Assembly: GCF_003918875.1 (NCBI RefSeq) | Contig: NW_025767173.1 | Span: 62,001 to 126,000, forward strand | Origin: Haliotis rubra | Lineage: Eukaryota | Reading direction: 5' to 3' | DNA length: 64,000 bases | In this document: in pieces, positions 1-12,022 of the stretch | Layout: every line of letters starts with the position of its first letter | How positions within the stretch are numbered: the first letter of the stretch is position 1 | Position numbers and translations under genes: made by a program | Notes under the pieces: model-generated | What the model was told of the DNA's origin: nothing | The model's input: only the letters and a program-made list of their open reading frames with translations | Databases searched by the model: none

Positions 1-2163
1 GTTTCTGTGGGAACTGAAACACAAATGCGAACATTTATTTCAGTGAGTAGTCATCAGCGAGCTGCATTTTGACTTTGAAGAAGGCAACATGCAAATGATA
101 ATATTTTAGCTATAAACTCACAACACTGAAATGAAAAAGGCATCAGCCAATAATTTAGAATACGCGTTATGATACAATTGTTTTCACAGGTATGACATAA
201 TCTGTGATACTAACCTTCATCGCGTTCGTAGATCCTCCATATCGGAGTAGGAATTGCCTTCAGCTTGTCCTCAATTGCCTCCAGTTTGTGAGCTGTGGCG
301 GATACCATGATGTGCCTAAACTGTGTCAAGTCCTGACGAGACTGGCGGAAAGATTCTATAGTCTCGATTGTCACTTCATCGTGAGCATGGCTGAAAATAG
401 GCATATTCACACTCCTTATCTCTGACCATCCCATCACACAGAGATTGCGTGTTAGAATGTTCGTTAGCTATAAGACCCAACACTAGGCTAAGCCACTAAA
501 CCTATTGAATATACAAAGTACCTAGCATGTATGATCGCTTAGCCCCAGTCAACCCATTCTTGAAGAACGAAGCTATATGTAAAACAACCAGCTCAATATG
601 TCATGCCCATTACAATAATTCACTTTTTCTCTGATGGAGCAAATTACCTCTAGTATACAAACCTACTTTCTTTTAGTGTTTTCCTCCATGCTGTCACAGA
701 TAAGTAGTGTTTTTCCGCTGCGTTCCAGTCGGTGGGCAGCTTCGAACATGAACACAGTTTTCCCAGGTTGTGATTCAGACACGTCTGATGGTTGGTGCAG
801 ATCAATATTGTCAAGTAACATTGACAACTGTTCTTTCTCCAAAACCCAGAACGCTCCTACTTCACTTTCTTTAGATGACATTGGGATCCTTGTTCTTGCA
901 ACTGCGGCTGTTAAAGCAGTCTTCAGTCTTTCAAATTTCGAATCGTTCATGTACTTTTGATTAGGAAAGCACGATTCAATTACCATAGACTTTCTCTTAT
1001 GAACGGTATTGTGAAAGTTTTTCTTTTTGAGATATAGTTTTTCCTCGGTGGCCAAAAAGATAAGATTGAACTTTTCTGCTGTGTATTTTCCAAGAATTAC
1101 CCTCATGCGGCGAGCCAATTCAGCATTATACTGATCAATGCTATACTGTTTTGACAGTTTCCATACAGAGTCTTTAAATTTGTCGATATGGATTAGACTA
1201 TCAACACTCCATCATCTATAACTCCAGCACGATCATTCTATAAACTACCCTAGTGTAGGTATTCCAACACGTTTGTCCTGGGGTTATAGAGCATGACAAC
1301 AATTATAACGCGAACTAAAGGTGGCATTAGGGGTTGTTCATAATTTATGGCCTGGGTGTGGAGTGTGGGAGAGGATGATGATGATGATGATTATGGTGAG
1401 GCATGTACAATGTGAGTGACCCCACCACCCCCACCACCCTAAATTTTATGAACAAAAAAGTCTCCCTGCATGTCATGTACAAAAATGATGACACCCCACC
1501 ACACACCCCTCCCTAGAACAATACCCGTGACGGTTCGGGTTAAAATTAACCTTCAGTAACCCATGCTTGTCGTAAAAAGGCGACTAACAGGATCGGGTGG
1601 TCAGGCTCCTTGACACATGTAATCGGTCCCATTTGCGCAGTGCGATGCTCATGCTGTTGATCACTGGATTGTCTGGTCCAGACTCGATTATATATAGACC
1701 GCCTCTCCTTACAATCATCATGAACAAGGATGTGGCTGTGCACGGCGCGATAAAGAACTTTTAGACTGTTGAATTCTTAGACTTCTGGACTGTGACGATT
1801 TCGGTACATTATGTAGACATGTACAACATTACGTCATCCAAAGCGATAGCCTTTGTCATCAGGGGTCCCTTGTTAGCCTGAATTGTCATGTGTCAGTTTC
1901 TCTGCGACTTTTAACTGGTTAAACCTAAACTATCCCTTCTAAATCTTGGAATTACTGATTATGCATGCATGAATCATTGAAGTGTATTATTTTTTTATTA
2001 GAGATAGAGCATCGGTGAATATGCGTAAGGAGTCGGTTATTCTATACCTTGTGGAAAATATGCATGAGCAGCATCGAAACTGTCACCATAGTAGTAAGTA
2101 GTTGGCGGAAATGGATCACTGCATGGTAATGTCAGCTGGTGTATGTCTCTGTCTGTATCTGAC
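1..2163 (-). pseudogene. Second copy (copy 1) of the Schlafen-GIMAP gene, internally deleted; the GTPase exon continues off the window start
   Basis: ORFs 210..437 and 663..1118 are near-identical to 54440..54667 and 54883..55338. About 313 bp corresponding to 55361..55673 (splice acceptor and SWADL-like part) are missing at 1140/1141. Confidence 0.7.
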
Positions 2164-3115
2164 CCTGAAATTGACATGAACATGCTTACAAAACGAAGTT
2201 GCGAGGCTTGAGGTAAACGTGTTATACAAAAATTTGTCTTCTTTCTGATGGGGAGTTTTGGGTCCAGGGAAACGGAGGAACCAAATATCCTATGTTTGAC
2301 TCAATTGAAGAGTAGCAGTTCTTTAGGGTTTTGACAAACTGACAAACCGATAAAGCAAGATACGTACAACTCTCCGAAAGCACTCGGTATCATCGTAATT
2401 TCTGCAATGATTCATAAACACATGCTCATGATGCGCGTGGGTATTTGACGTTGATTTTATGAACGATAATTTGTGACCTTGGAAGTGTTTTCAGTAACCT
2501 TTTTCATGTGCATAAAGAAACAGTTTTGCAAGAACTGGAGTTCAACTGGTGCCAAATGGGGTGGCTTCTTGTCTAAATGGCTTACCCCATAATGTAACCT
2601 AGACGTCATAAATGAAGAATAACATGTAACAACTTTACTCTAACTCTTCACTTTATTTAATGTAGCCGGAAAGAAGAAATATTCACGCTCTCGACGTGTG
2701 TTTTATTCAATCTATTAACTTTACTTCGTAATTCTGGCCACATGACCCATGGTACAGTTGTAAGATATAACATATGGGTCACGTGTCAGAGTGTTACATA
2801 TTTGTCAATCTCATTCTAAATAATGTACATAGATATAAAGCTATCAGCGCAGTACATTAACATCACAGGAGATAAATACATTTGCTAACTCTACCAATAA
2901 TGTTTCTATAATAAGGCAAGAAAACTATTTTGAATATATTTCTTATATACAAAAAAGATCTGGTATTCCATATGGTATTCCATTCTGAATTCATAAGTTG
3001 CTCTAACTAACCGTTTGTCCATGAGTACATAATTCGGGCTGCAGACGACATGTTATGTCAAAATAATGCACTAAAATGCAGACAACTCCAAACAGTGGCA
3101 ACACTTTGGGAAATA

Positions 3116-4030
3116 TACTGAACCACAAAAGAAATGTCGCACCGATGGCGGTTCCTTAAAACACACACTTTCATTCAGTCTAATTAACAATCAAAACGGA
3201 GGATTGAGTTCAAACGTGACAAATTACGGGTTAACACACTTTCGGGAATGACATTTAGAGTTCACAAAAACAAAATCACCAAAAATGGTACCATTAAGAT
3301 ACCCCAAAGTCAGTATTATGTGTGGCCGGTATGGGCAACGATGAAAGGGTAGTGAATTAGCTGATTGATGAAAGCAATAGGCATTTGGGTCCATACTCTG
3401 GGAAATGCCTGCTCGAATCCAGCAGCAGTTGTCGGCCTTGGGTGGAGGTCATTCAGTCTTCTTTGAATCTCGTCCCAATGGAGTTCTAATGGGCTCAAAT
3501 CCGGAGTGAGTGCAGGCTATTGTAGGGTTTGGATGCCATGTTGTCTTGGCAAGTCCAATGTTACTCTGGCAGTGTGGGCACGAGCGTTGTCTTGCTGGAA
3601 CGTCCAAAATGTGGTACAAAGTGGGGTCTTATAGCGAGCAGCTGTCACGTCACTTCATCATCCTGGACCGAGATTCTGGAACAACTCGGTGCCAGTTATC
3701 GGGTTCAGACCGACTGCACCCCACACTATGATGCTTGGTCTACACCAAGAGTCTCTTTCAACAATACACTCATTGGAAAACGGTTTCCCACGCCGTCATC
3801 ATACTCTCACTCTGTCATCGACAGTCGAAACACAATACCGGCTTTCATGAGAGAAAAGCAAAGTTCTCCATTGTCGATAACGCCAATTTCGATGTTGAGT
3901 TGCCCATTGAAGTCGGTTTTGACGGTGTGAGTGATGAGGACACGACAACGATATGATATGTGATAAACGTCTACGCACTGTATCGGCACTGATGGGTCTG
4001 TTGTGAGCCCCGTCCCAAGACTTGGTTCCT
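3116..4030 (-). mobile_element. Truncated Tc1-like transposon relic (paralog of 58077..59571)
   Basis: TIR tactgaaccacaaaagaaatgtcgc after TA at 3114. Degenerate transposase fragments (LSPLELHWDEIQRRL; FSHESRYCVSTVDD). Confidence 0.8.
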
Positions 4031-5682
4031 CTGGCTCAAGATGTGTGTACCTACAGTTGGCTCAAGAACTGTGAACAGTTGACGTATGATCTGTGCATGA
4101 AGTCTGCCTAAAGATCCATGTACGTCCAGTTTCGCTCGAGATCTAGGTCGTAGTATATCATATTCAATAAGACCAGACTATATACATGTATATGAGGTGG
4201 AGTCTCTACATACTCTCGTCTTATTGAATTTACTACGTCCCGGACAAGACCCGATTCTCGCGGAAGCAGCGGTGGCTGCGTTGGACGACAGACTTTGTAT
4301 GCTGGCGATTAGGTGCCTGGCACTGAGGGTGTGGGTTCGAATCCCGCATGGGATTCAACCCAACAAAAGTACTACAATGTGTACTTTACTGCGAAAGTGC
4401 AATCCCAAATATAACATATGTTATGAGACCCGATTCGTTCGTATTTCGTTTTACATTTCTGACATAAGTTATACCGAGGAATCACTTACAGAAAATCAAC
4501 ACTTTCATGTGATGTAGAATAAGATAAATATAAGGATACTGTAATGCGTCTAATAAATCTAAATTCATAAGATTTCTTATTTATTCATCATGGTGGTGGT
4601 GGTTATATCAGATAACATTATGTCGTATAATATCTACGCATACAGCGGTTACCAAATGATACACCCCAGGACACATCTGCCAAGTATCCAACCTCAACAG
4701 CCTCTAGGACTTTATAGATTTAATTAAATTAACGAGTGTATATATTTGATATCAGAATACACGTGAGTGAAATTCTGTTAATCATCCCAAATCTTTTTCA
4801 TCAGTTATCAGTAAAAGAATGAATTTATCTGAACACAAAACTGCCATTCGGCTTTTTGAGCAGTGATCTCAGTGAGGTCATATTATTGTGACGTCATCAG
4901 CTTTATTACATCACAGCATTGATCTCACACAAGCGATATCTAAGTACTGTGGGAGCCAGTTTTGGATGATAAATACTATTCTGTGTTCAAACTGATTGCT
5001 GCGGATTGATGATATTTCGGATTGTGGTAGTGTAACCCGATGATGTTGATCATAGCATCTACCGTTGGATTCTCTGTGTTGACTCAAGTCTGATAGATGA
5101 TTAGATAAAGCACCGAGGATAGATTACAATGAAACAGCTGATGATGCATGTGTTAACAGTATCATATACCTGAACACATTCGTGGCAATCAAGTGATGTG
5201 CACAGATAATATATACCAAACTAGACGCCAAAACCTGAATATAATAGAGGTGATTTCTGTCTGTTCCTACTCATCATTAATCTTCACTCCGCTTAGCAAA
5301 TTTACACAGGAGAAAAGCTCAGACGAGATGACTGGGAAAACCCAGTTCTCAGTTTCAACTACAATGCTTCAAATGTGAATGACCCTTAAGACCTGTGTTC
5401 TGTGAACGGATGTGGGATGTCATCTGATGTATCCTCTAATAGGAGTCACATTACGATAAGTCTCCAGCAGATGCAGTGCTCTCGCTATCCTAACGACACA
5501 TGAGTATGCCCGCTGTTGACTAGGTGTAAAAACGCTGCAGGTGAGAATGTATTTTGAATTCCTCAATTTGAATTGTTTATTCTACATGACAAACTCAAAC
5601 GAGCCATTGGCGCAGTTGTATTGATGAATCCATATATTTCTATTAAGAAATCATTTATTTTGTGTGAATATGAGTGTTAATA

Positions 5683-6111
5683 TACTACCCATCAAAAGTT
5701 TAGACTCACTAGTGTAAATGTAGCCACTTATTTAAGTCAACTCTTCTAAAATAGATTTTGCAAAAAATTCCATACCGTTTAAAGGTACTGTTTACACGTG
5801 AACTGATGTATTGTAAAACAGATTCGTAACGTTGAACATAGATTATTGTCATGGGTTAAAAAAATGATGAAACTGAGTGAAAATTGGCGATTTAAAAAAC
5901 AAAAATTATACCACAACACAGCTGTTCACATGCACGATAATTGCACATGCTTTTTAGCAATTTGATGCATGATCCTCGTGCAATTCATCTGCATAAAGTT
6001 TGCAGTTGGTTCCACAAAGTTAGTGGAGAAATTCATCTTCGATGTAACCACACATATATGCATAGCATATAGTGAGTGCTTTAAGTGAGTCTTAACTTTT
6101 GATGGGTAGTA
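5683..6111. mobile_element. Tc1/mariner-type MITE, about 430 bp
   Basis: TIRs tactacccatcaaaagtttagactcact / agtgagtcttaacttttgatgggtagta flanked by TA; no ORF. Confidence 0.85.
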
Positions 6112-6117
6112 TATTTA

Positions 6118-6267
6118 TGAGTGGGTGAGTGAGTATGGTTTTACGCCGCTTTTAGCAATATTCCAGCAATATCACGGCGGGGGACACCACAAATGAGCTT
6201 CACTTGTGGGGAATCGAACCCGGGTATTAGGCGTGACGAGGGAACGCTTTAACCACTAGCCCGCCCC
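6118..6267 (-). mobile_element. tRNA-derived SINE, family A
   Basis: Reverse complement of the element at 20656: B box ggttcgattccc, tail gatattgctggaatattgctaaaagcggcgtaaaaccatactcactca. Confidence 0.85.
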
Positions 6268-6590
6268 AATATGTTTATGATGAACTGACAAAAATATTAA
6301 CAAATTCACCACCTACAACAAAGTTGATCATTGAACAAAATGGTAACTTCATGCAGATGACATTTTCATCTATTTTGACAAAACTCTAAGGGCTGTTTGA
6401 AGACGACATGTCAGTTACAGGTGTTCCGCTTTAGACTTCGTTCCCATCAGCCTGTGCTTGTCACACGAATCGACTGATTTGATTGCATGTATTGCTTGAT
6501 GACTTAGTTGAAACGGTCATGGAACGGCAGTGTCGGTTCTGGACTATTTGTCTATTTGGTCGATGTTGGTTGGTTGTTGTGTTTTCTTAA

Positions 6591-9500
6591 CCCCCTGGCT
6601 GCCGAGTTTTTTTTCAGGCGCACATTTTCATACGCTTTGAAAAGTGAACGTTGTGCGAGAATTGCTCTCGCGTGGTCCTGGATCTACGTAAGGCTATAAA
6701 ATTACACAGAAATGTAGAATATTAAATTTCCTATCCGTTGGTATAAATATAAGTGCAGCTACCTTGGCGGTTTGAGAAATAGACCTGCTAAATGTTGTCC
6801 AAATTTTTGTTATGCGTTAAAAAACAGTAAATTTCTCCGCTTTTTATCGCGCACCGATAAAAGCACTGTGCTACGAATTTTTTAATGGGGCATGTTTACG
6901 GAAAGTGTGAGCGAAGAAAATACAGCCTGATATCTGAACGACATAAGTGTATATGAATTGGGTTTATCTGCTTGTGCATAACGTTATACGCTCAACACTA
7001 AAAATGACCCGCAGTAAATGTCAAAAATGTATTTTCTTCTATGACGTCAAACGGCGACAGAGAGGTCATACACGTATAATTATAAGGGGGCATAACTCCG
7101 TTATGCGTAACACTAGGTCAATGTAACTCAGATCACTTGGCGAAAATGTGGTGCTGATACGGACGCTATATTTTCGTTATTTTATATTCATGGTGAACCT
7201 CACTATTCCAATTCAAAGTTCCCCAATGTGAACGGATGCGCTTTGGTAGTTTCACAATTTATAAGAAAAGATGACAACGTATTACATGTGAAAGCACGTA
7301 ATAGCGATTTGAATGGCCCTATCCGATATATAAGTTAGTTCTTAGATTCAAATATTCTCCTGTTTGTGTAGATGTAATTTGACTAATTTTGCATCGTTAT
7401 TACCAGAATACTAGCCATATCTTCAAATGTAACGAAATTGTTGAAAATAATACAACATTTTAGTTGACGTCATCGCTTGTTTTGTGCATTTTGCGACGTT
7501 GGAAAACGACGACATTGGTATTCAGATTAGTATATATCTCACTTAATTTCCATTAATTGTATAAAAGGTCTAGACTTCTATGTCAGAATTTAACACCCTT
7601 TAGACAAAACATAAAATGAATGATTTTCTTTTAAATAGAGTCCTGAATATATCAACAATTAGACAGTTTGACAGCGTATCTTATTGTGACCAACACGCGC
7701 ACCTGTTTGGCATCAATTTAACGTAAATAAAAATAATATTTCACAACACCCGAAAATTTTGTTTGGGATAAGATTTTTGTTTGTTTATGATTATGAAGCT
7801 ATTTCTCTTCATACGTATGCAATGACAGATGCATAAAGATAGCTTTTTATATATGGAACTATATATTAGAATATGGATATAAGATTTGTGCGAATTAACA
7901 CATGAGATGGTATATATATTTTTCAACAATTTTCCTATAAGTAGTTAGAGTTTGATATCCTGTCATCACAATATTATTTAATCGAATATGAATTGAATAT
8001 ATTATCGAAAACAATGATAGAGAATCATAAAACGTTGCCAAGAAACGCGCACCTTGCCGATCTATATGCATCATTCTTTTGTCTATAAAACGACACACAA
8101 TTATGTAATGAACAAGACAATTCCTTTAAATATGTGTGCATGTACATTTCATACCATATATAAATCATTGTCATTAATATTATCAGTTTTGCATATAAGG
8201 TTGAATTATATCACCGTTCATTAACCTGTTCATATGAAATTGCAATATTAGTCCAAATAAATTGAATATTGTACATCATAAGAACTAAAGTAATTGCAGT
8301 TATGGCTACGTTTGATCTTCTAACACTTGTGTAAAGGTTTATAAATATGTCAATTTCTTATGTAAATATGATTCAAACAATCAAAAACTTTCAAAGAATA
8401 AAACACCGTAAGCCCTATATGCCTGTATGATATGATATTGAACAAGGCTAAATGTAGATACTGAAGTCAGTTTCATGAAAAAGTATCCGAAATATCCGCA
8501 AAATATACATCATAATAATGACAGTGTAATCGGAAGGATATGGCGATTGTGTTCACTCTTGTTCAACCGACCTTCACCTCAAAGAAATTGCCTAATATGT
8601 ACAACAATGTTGACGTATGACATCACTACCGCTGACCGATTTCTTACAAAATGGCGGCTTTGCTTACAAGGGTACACAGGATTTTGTGAGGACCCTTCCA
8701 CTGATTTAGGGATCGTTTGTACATAAATATGAGATGTAAGTAATCAGAATGATTCTGACTATCTGTGTATTGTTATATGTTTTTATCGTTTTCACTATAA
8801 GTAAGAGAAAAGGACAGAAATGCAGATAATTACCGTTGTCGTTCGGCGTGATTTGGCGTCAGTCATGGCGTCACGCTGCACGGAAACTTTGACAATTTTT
8901 TATGAATTATCAAATCATTGCATTGTATCTATTTATAATTTCCTATTTCTTGCTACGATACTCTTTCCATGTATATTCTAAAGGTATTGAGCCATTGCAA
9001 GTAATGAATAGACGGATGAATGTTGAAAAATTTCAGAAAATGCTACGCAGTGTAAAATAGGAATTTGTCTTTGTCTACATTTCAGACTAACGCAGTCTTT
9101 CAAGCACAGCGTTCGTTTTCACACCCAATATGTTTCGTCTCATTTTATCTAGACAGTTATTATTGGTGAAACAGACCATTTGCAATTTGATTCTAAAATG
9201 TATGGGGAATTCAGTGATGCATTTTTCGAAGCTGATTATGAAATATACGTGATGTAATAGGCGTCTCAATACCGGCCTTCGCGAAACGTGATTGCGGAAA
9301 GCGCTCTACGGGGTTCGTGTAAGTGCATTTTCGAAAACATCCCAACCGATTCTAGATTCATCGGCAACGTTTCAGAATTATAATTAGCGAAATCATGTAA
9401 AACTGATATCAGTGATCATAAATATGTTATTTTTGAAATTCAATACTAACAGTAATTATCCGATTTTCACATTTCAAAACATACAGCAAATAACGCTGTG

Positions 9501-9742
9501 AATCGCGATTTCATACTGTGTCAAAAATGTCGCCATTTTCGATGAAGCCTATTTTGTAAGGTCATTTTCAGCACTTGAGCTTTGTCTAAAATAATAGTGG
9601 ATGGTATCAAGAAACAGGAAATTTCCCGCAGAATTCGAAACTGTGAAGTGTATTTGTGTGCGTGGGATATTTTGATTTTTATTGGACTTCAAATTGAGGG
9701 TTGAAGGGAAAGGACATATATGTCCCTGTGGCATCCAGGGGG
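6591..9742. mobile_element. Non-autonomous piggyBac-like DNA transposon, about 3.15 kb
   Basis: TTAA|CCCCCTGGCTGCC ... GGCATCCAGGGGG|TTAA: 13-bp TIR with one mismatch, CCC ends, TTAA target duplication. AT-rich interior with no transposase ORF. It splits a family-B SINE tail. Confidence 0.8.
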
Positions 9743-9750
9743 TTAACCCC

Positions 9751-9963
9751 TTAACGCCGCAATAACAGCAATAATCCAGCTTCATTGCAGATGTTTGTAA
9801 ATAATCGTGCCTGGACCAGACAGTCCAGTGATCAACAGCATGAGCACTGATCTACGCATTTGGGATACCATGACATGTGTCAACTAAGTCAGTGAGCCTG
9901 ACCACCCGATCCCGTTAATCGCCTCTTACGAAAAGCATCAATTCTAGCCCGAATCTTCACGGA
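9751..9963 (-). mobile_element. SINE family B
   Basis: Reverse complement of the shared core gtcgtaagaggcgactaacgggatcgggtggtcagg...gatcactggattgtctggtccag. Confidence 0.85.
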
Positions 9964-11259
9964 TCTATTTGGTAGAGGTTCATTGAGGCATTCAGTAAAG
10001 GGCTTTCATGAGTGGGAACAGTTTAGTTTATAAATGAATTACTTCAACAGCGTACAATTAGTTGCATGTATCTTTCTCGGAAAAGCTTTCAAAAAGTTGT
10101 ATGTGCATATGTAGGGAACGTTTCCACGTTCGACGCAAGAGCGTCATGTAAGATATCCGATGGAAACGATTATTTTGACATGCACCATATGTTAATTTCA
10201 ATGATAATATTCTTCAGATATGTATTCCATGTTTCTGGTAGGAGTCAACTGTGCAACAGGAAATGCCGGATGTCATTACTTGATAATTCACAAACACATA
10301 CTCAACATGTAGTGGGAATCGACTCCACTCTTGTTTTACGATAACAGAACGAATTGTGTCGCTGTAACGTGACAAGAGCAACGCTTCAGACACTACAACA
10401 CTTCATGCGACACTTGAAGTTGTTCGAGAGATAATTCCCGGTTTATCTATATTTAGGGCTAACCGGACAAGCAAAGCTGGCTTGAGGAGGAAGGTCAACT
10501 GTTAAATGTCACGAGTCAGTCAGCGTTGGAAGTCTTCCTTGTGTACTTATGAAACATACTGCTAACAGCGGCGTAAGACTAAACTCACTCACTCCTTCTG
10601 CTTGTAAATCAATGCATTAAGGGGCAATCAGTGCTTCTCAAACACATGTATTCTTGTATATCTTTACAAAGAAGATTCTACTATTTATCTGGTTTCTAAG
10701 ACAGTAAGTATAGGTCACAGTCCGTTCTCAAAGGAGTATCTAGTATACTAGATGATATCCTAGTTTCACAAAACGTGAAGTGGTGGATTTAACGTTCACT
10801 CATTTAGAAGACCTCAAAGACCCATGAAGATATATTGGGTGAAGCCAGTTTTCTGTTACCTCACCGAACAGGCGTGACAGTATTTCAAAACGCAGCATAA
10901 TCTTGCAATGAATCAATGTTTACAAAGTATGTAACATGTGGAATAGTAAGATAATGATACATTTCGATATTTCTCTTTTTCTGTTCAATCAAATAAGTTT
11001 ACAAGTATATTAAATAGTTTTAAACAGTGGGAATGCTTTAATTTCGTGAAATTGAAAGTTCACGCGCAAACCTTGACTTTGTCGTCTATGAAGATGAAAA
11101 ACACGGACTGCACATGTGAAAAAGCAAATTCTTGAGGTCACCTGGTGCATATTTGCTTCAGCTGAACAGGCACATTGAATGTCAGCTGGAAAACAAATTA
11201 AACGTTTTATTTTAATCTTTCTTCGGAAATTGCACGCCTTTCAAATCAAGAAAGTCAAC

Positions 11260-11350
11260 ATGTTATGGGGAGGCTTGACACTGGCCAGTCTGTGGTCGCT
11301 GTTGCAAGAGCCTTTAATGGCTCACGACAAACAATTTTAAGTCTTAGGGT
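11260..11350 (+). mobile_element. Tc1 transposase N-terminal HTH fragment
   Basis: Translates MGRLDTGQSVVAVARAFNGSRQTILSLR, similar to the start of the 18691 transposase. Confidence 0.55.
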
Positions 11351-12022
11351 GAGGATGACGTACTTACGGCGGCTTCAAAAAGTGCGTCTGTTTCCCGCTA
11401 TTTTCGTTACCAGTGCAGATTCTATAGCATGAACATCAACCTTTTGTCATCATGGCCCGCCCAAGCCATAATATTTATACCAAATGTCGAGTATACCATG
11501 GATGTTCGACAAGTACGCTATCTGTGCGTTTGTCATACTTTATAAATAAGTACAATGCGCTGCCCGATCGCAGGACAAACGGTACTGATTCGTTGTATCC
11601 GCGCTGCAAGTACGCATGTGTACGTCCAACATACGCGGTTCATAGCTCGTGCCTGGAGATCAGCGTATTGCCGTGTATGGAATGAACAAACTTACACAAA
11701 ACGATTGAGGTGAATATGAGGTGGTTATTGTGCGTAAGACTGCGTATGAAAGAAATGTTAATGCGCAAGTCATAAGGAATTAGGATACGCAGAAGTGTGA
11801 CAGAGTCCTAAGATCCATGAGGAGACGTTGCGTGGCTGTAAGATACGCTACAGGAGGTCACAACCCTTACTGAAGACCTTAGTCGAAATGTTCTCCACGC
11901 TGTGAACTTCAGTCTGGAGGGTACCTTGATAAATGACATATAAGTATACACCCTCAATAAAGCTTCGCAGGTTACAAACGAAACAATCATAGGACTATTT
12001 TGGTAATTTCAGCATTTGTTTC

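Larger units (their letters stand above)
1..4030 (+). repeat. Segmental duplication, paralogous to 54254..59245
   Basis: Colinear high identity across exons, introns, SINE and Tc1 relic. Position 1 (gtttctgtgggaactg) corresponds to 54254. Confidence 0.95.

Noticed and set aside
634-960. Plus-strand ORFs conserved in both duplicates (also 204..425, 54434..54655, 54854..55180)
   Set aside because: Antisense shadows of the minus-strand exons.
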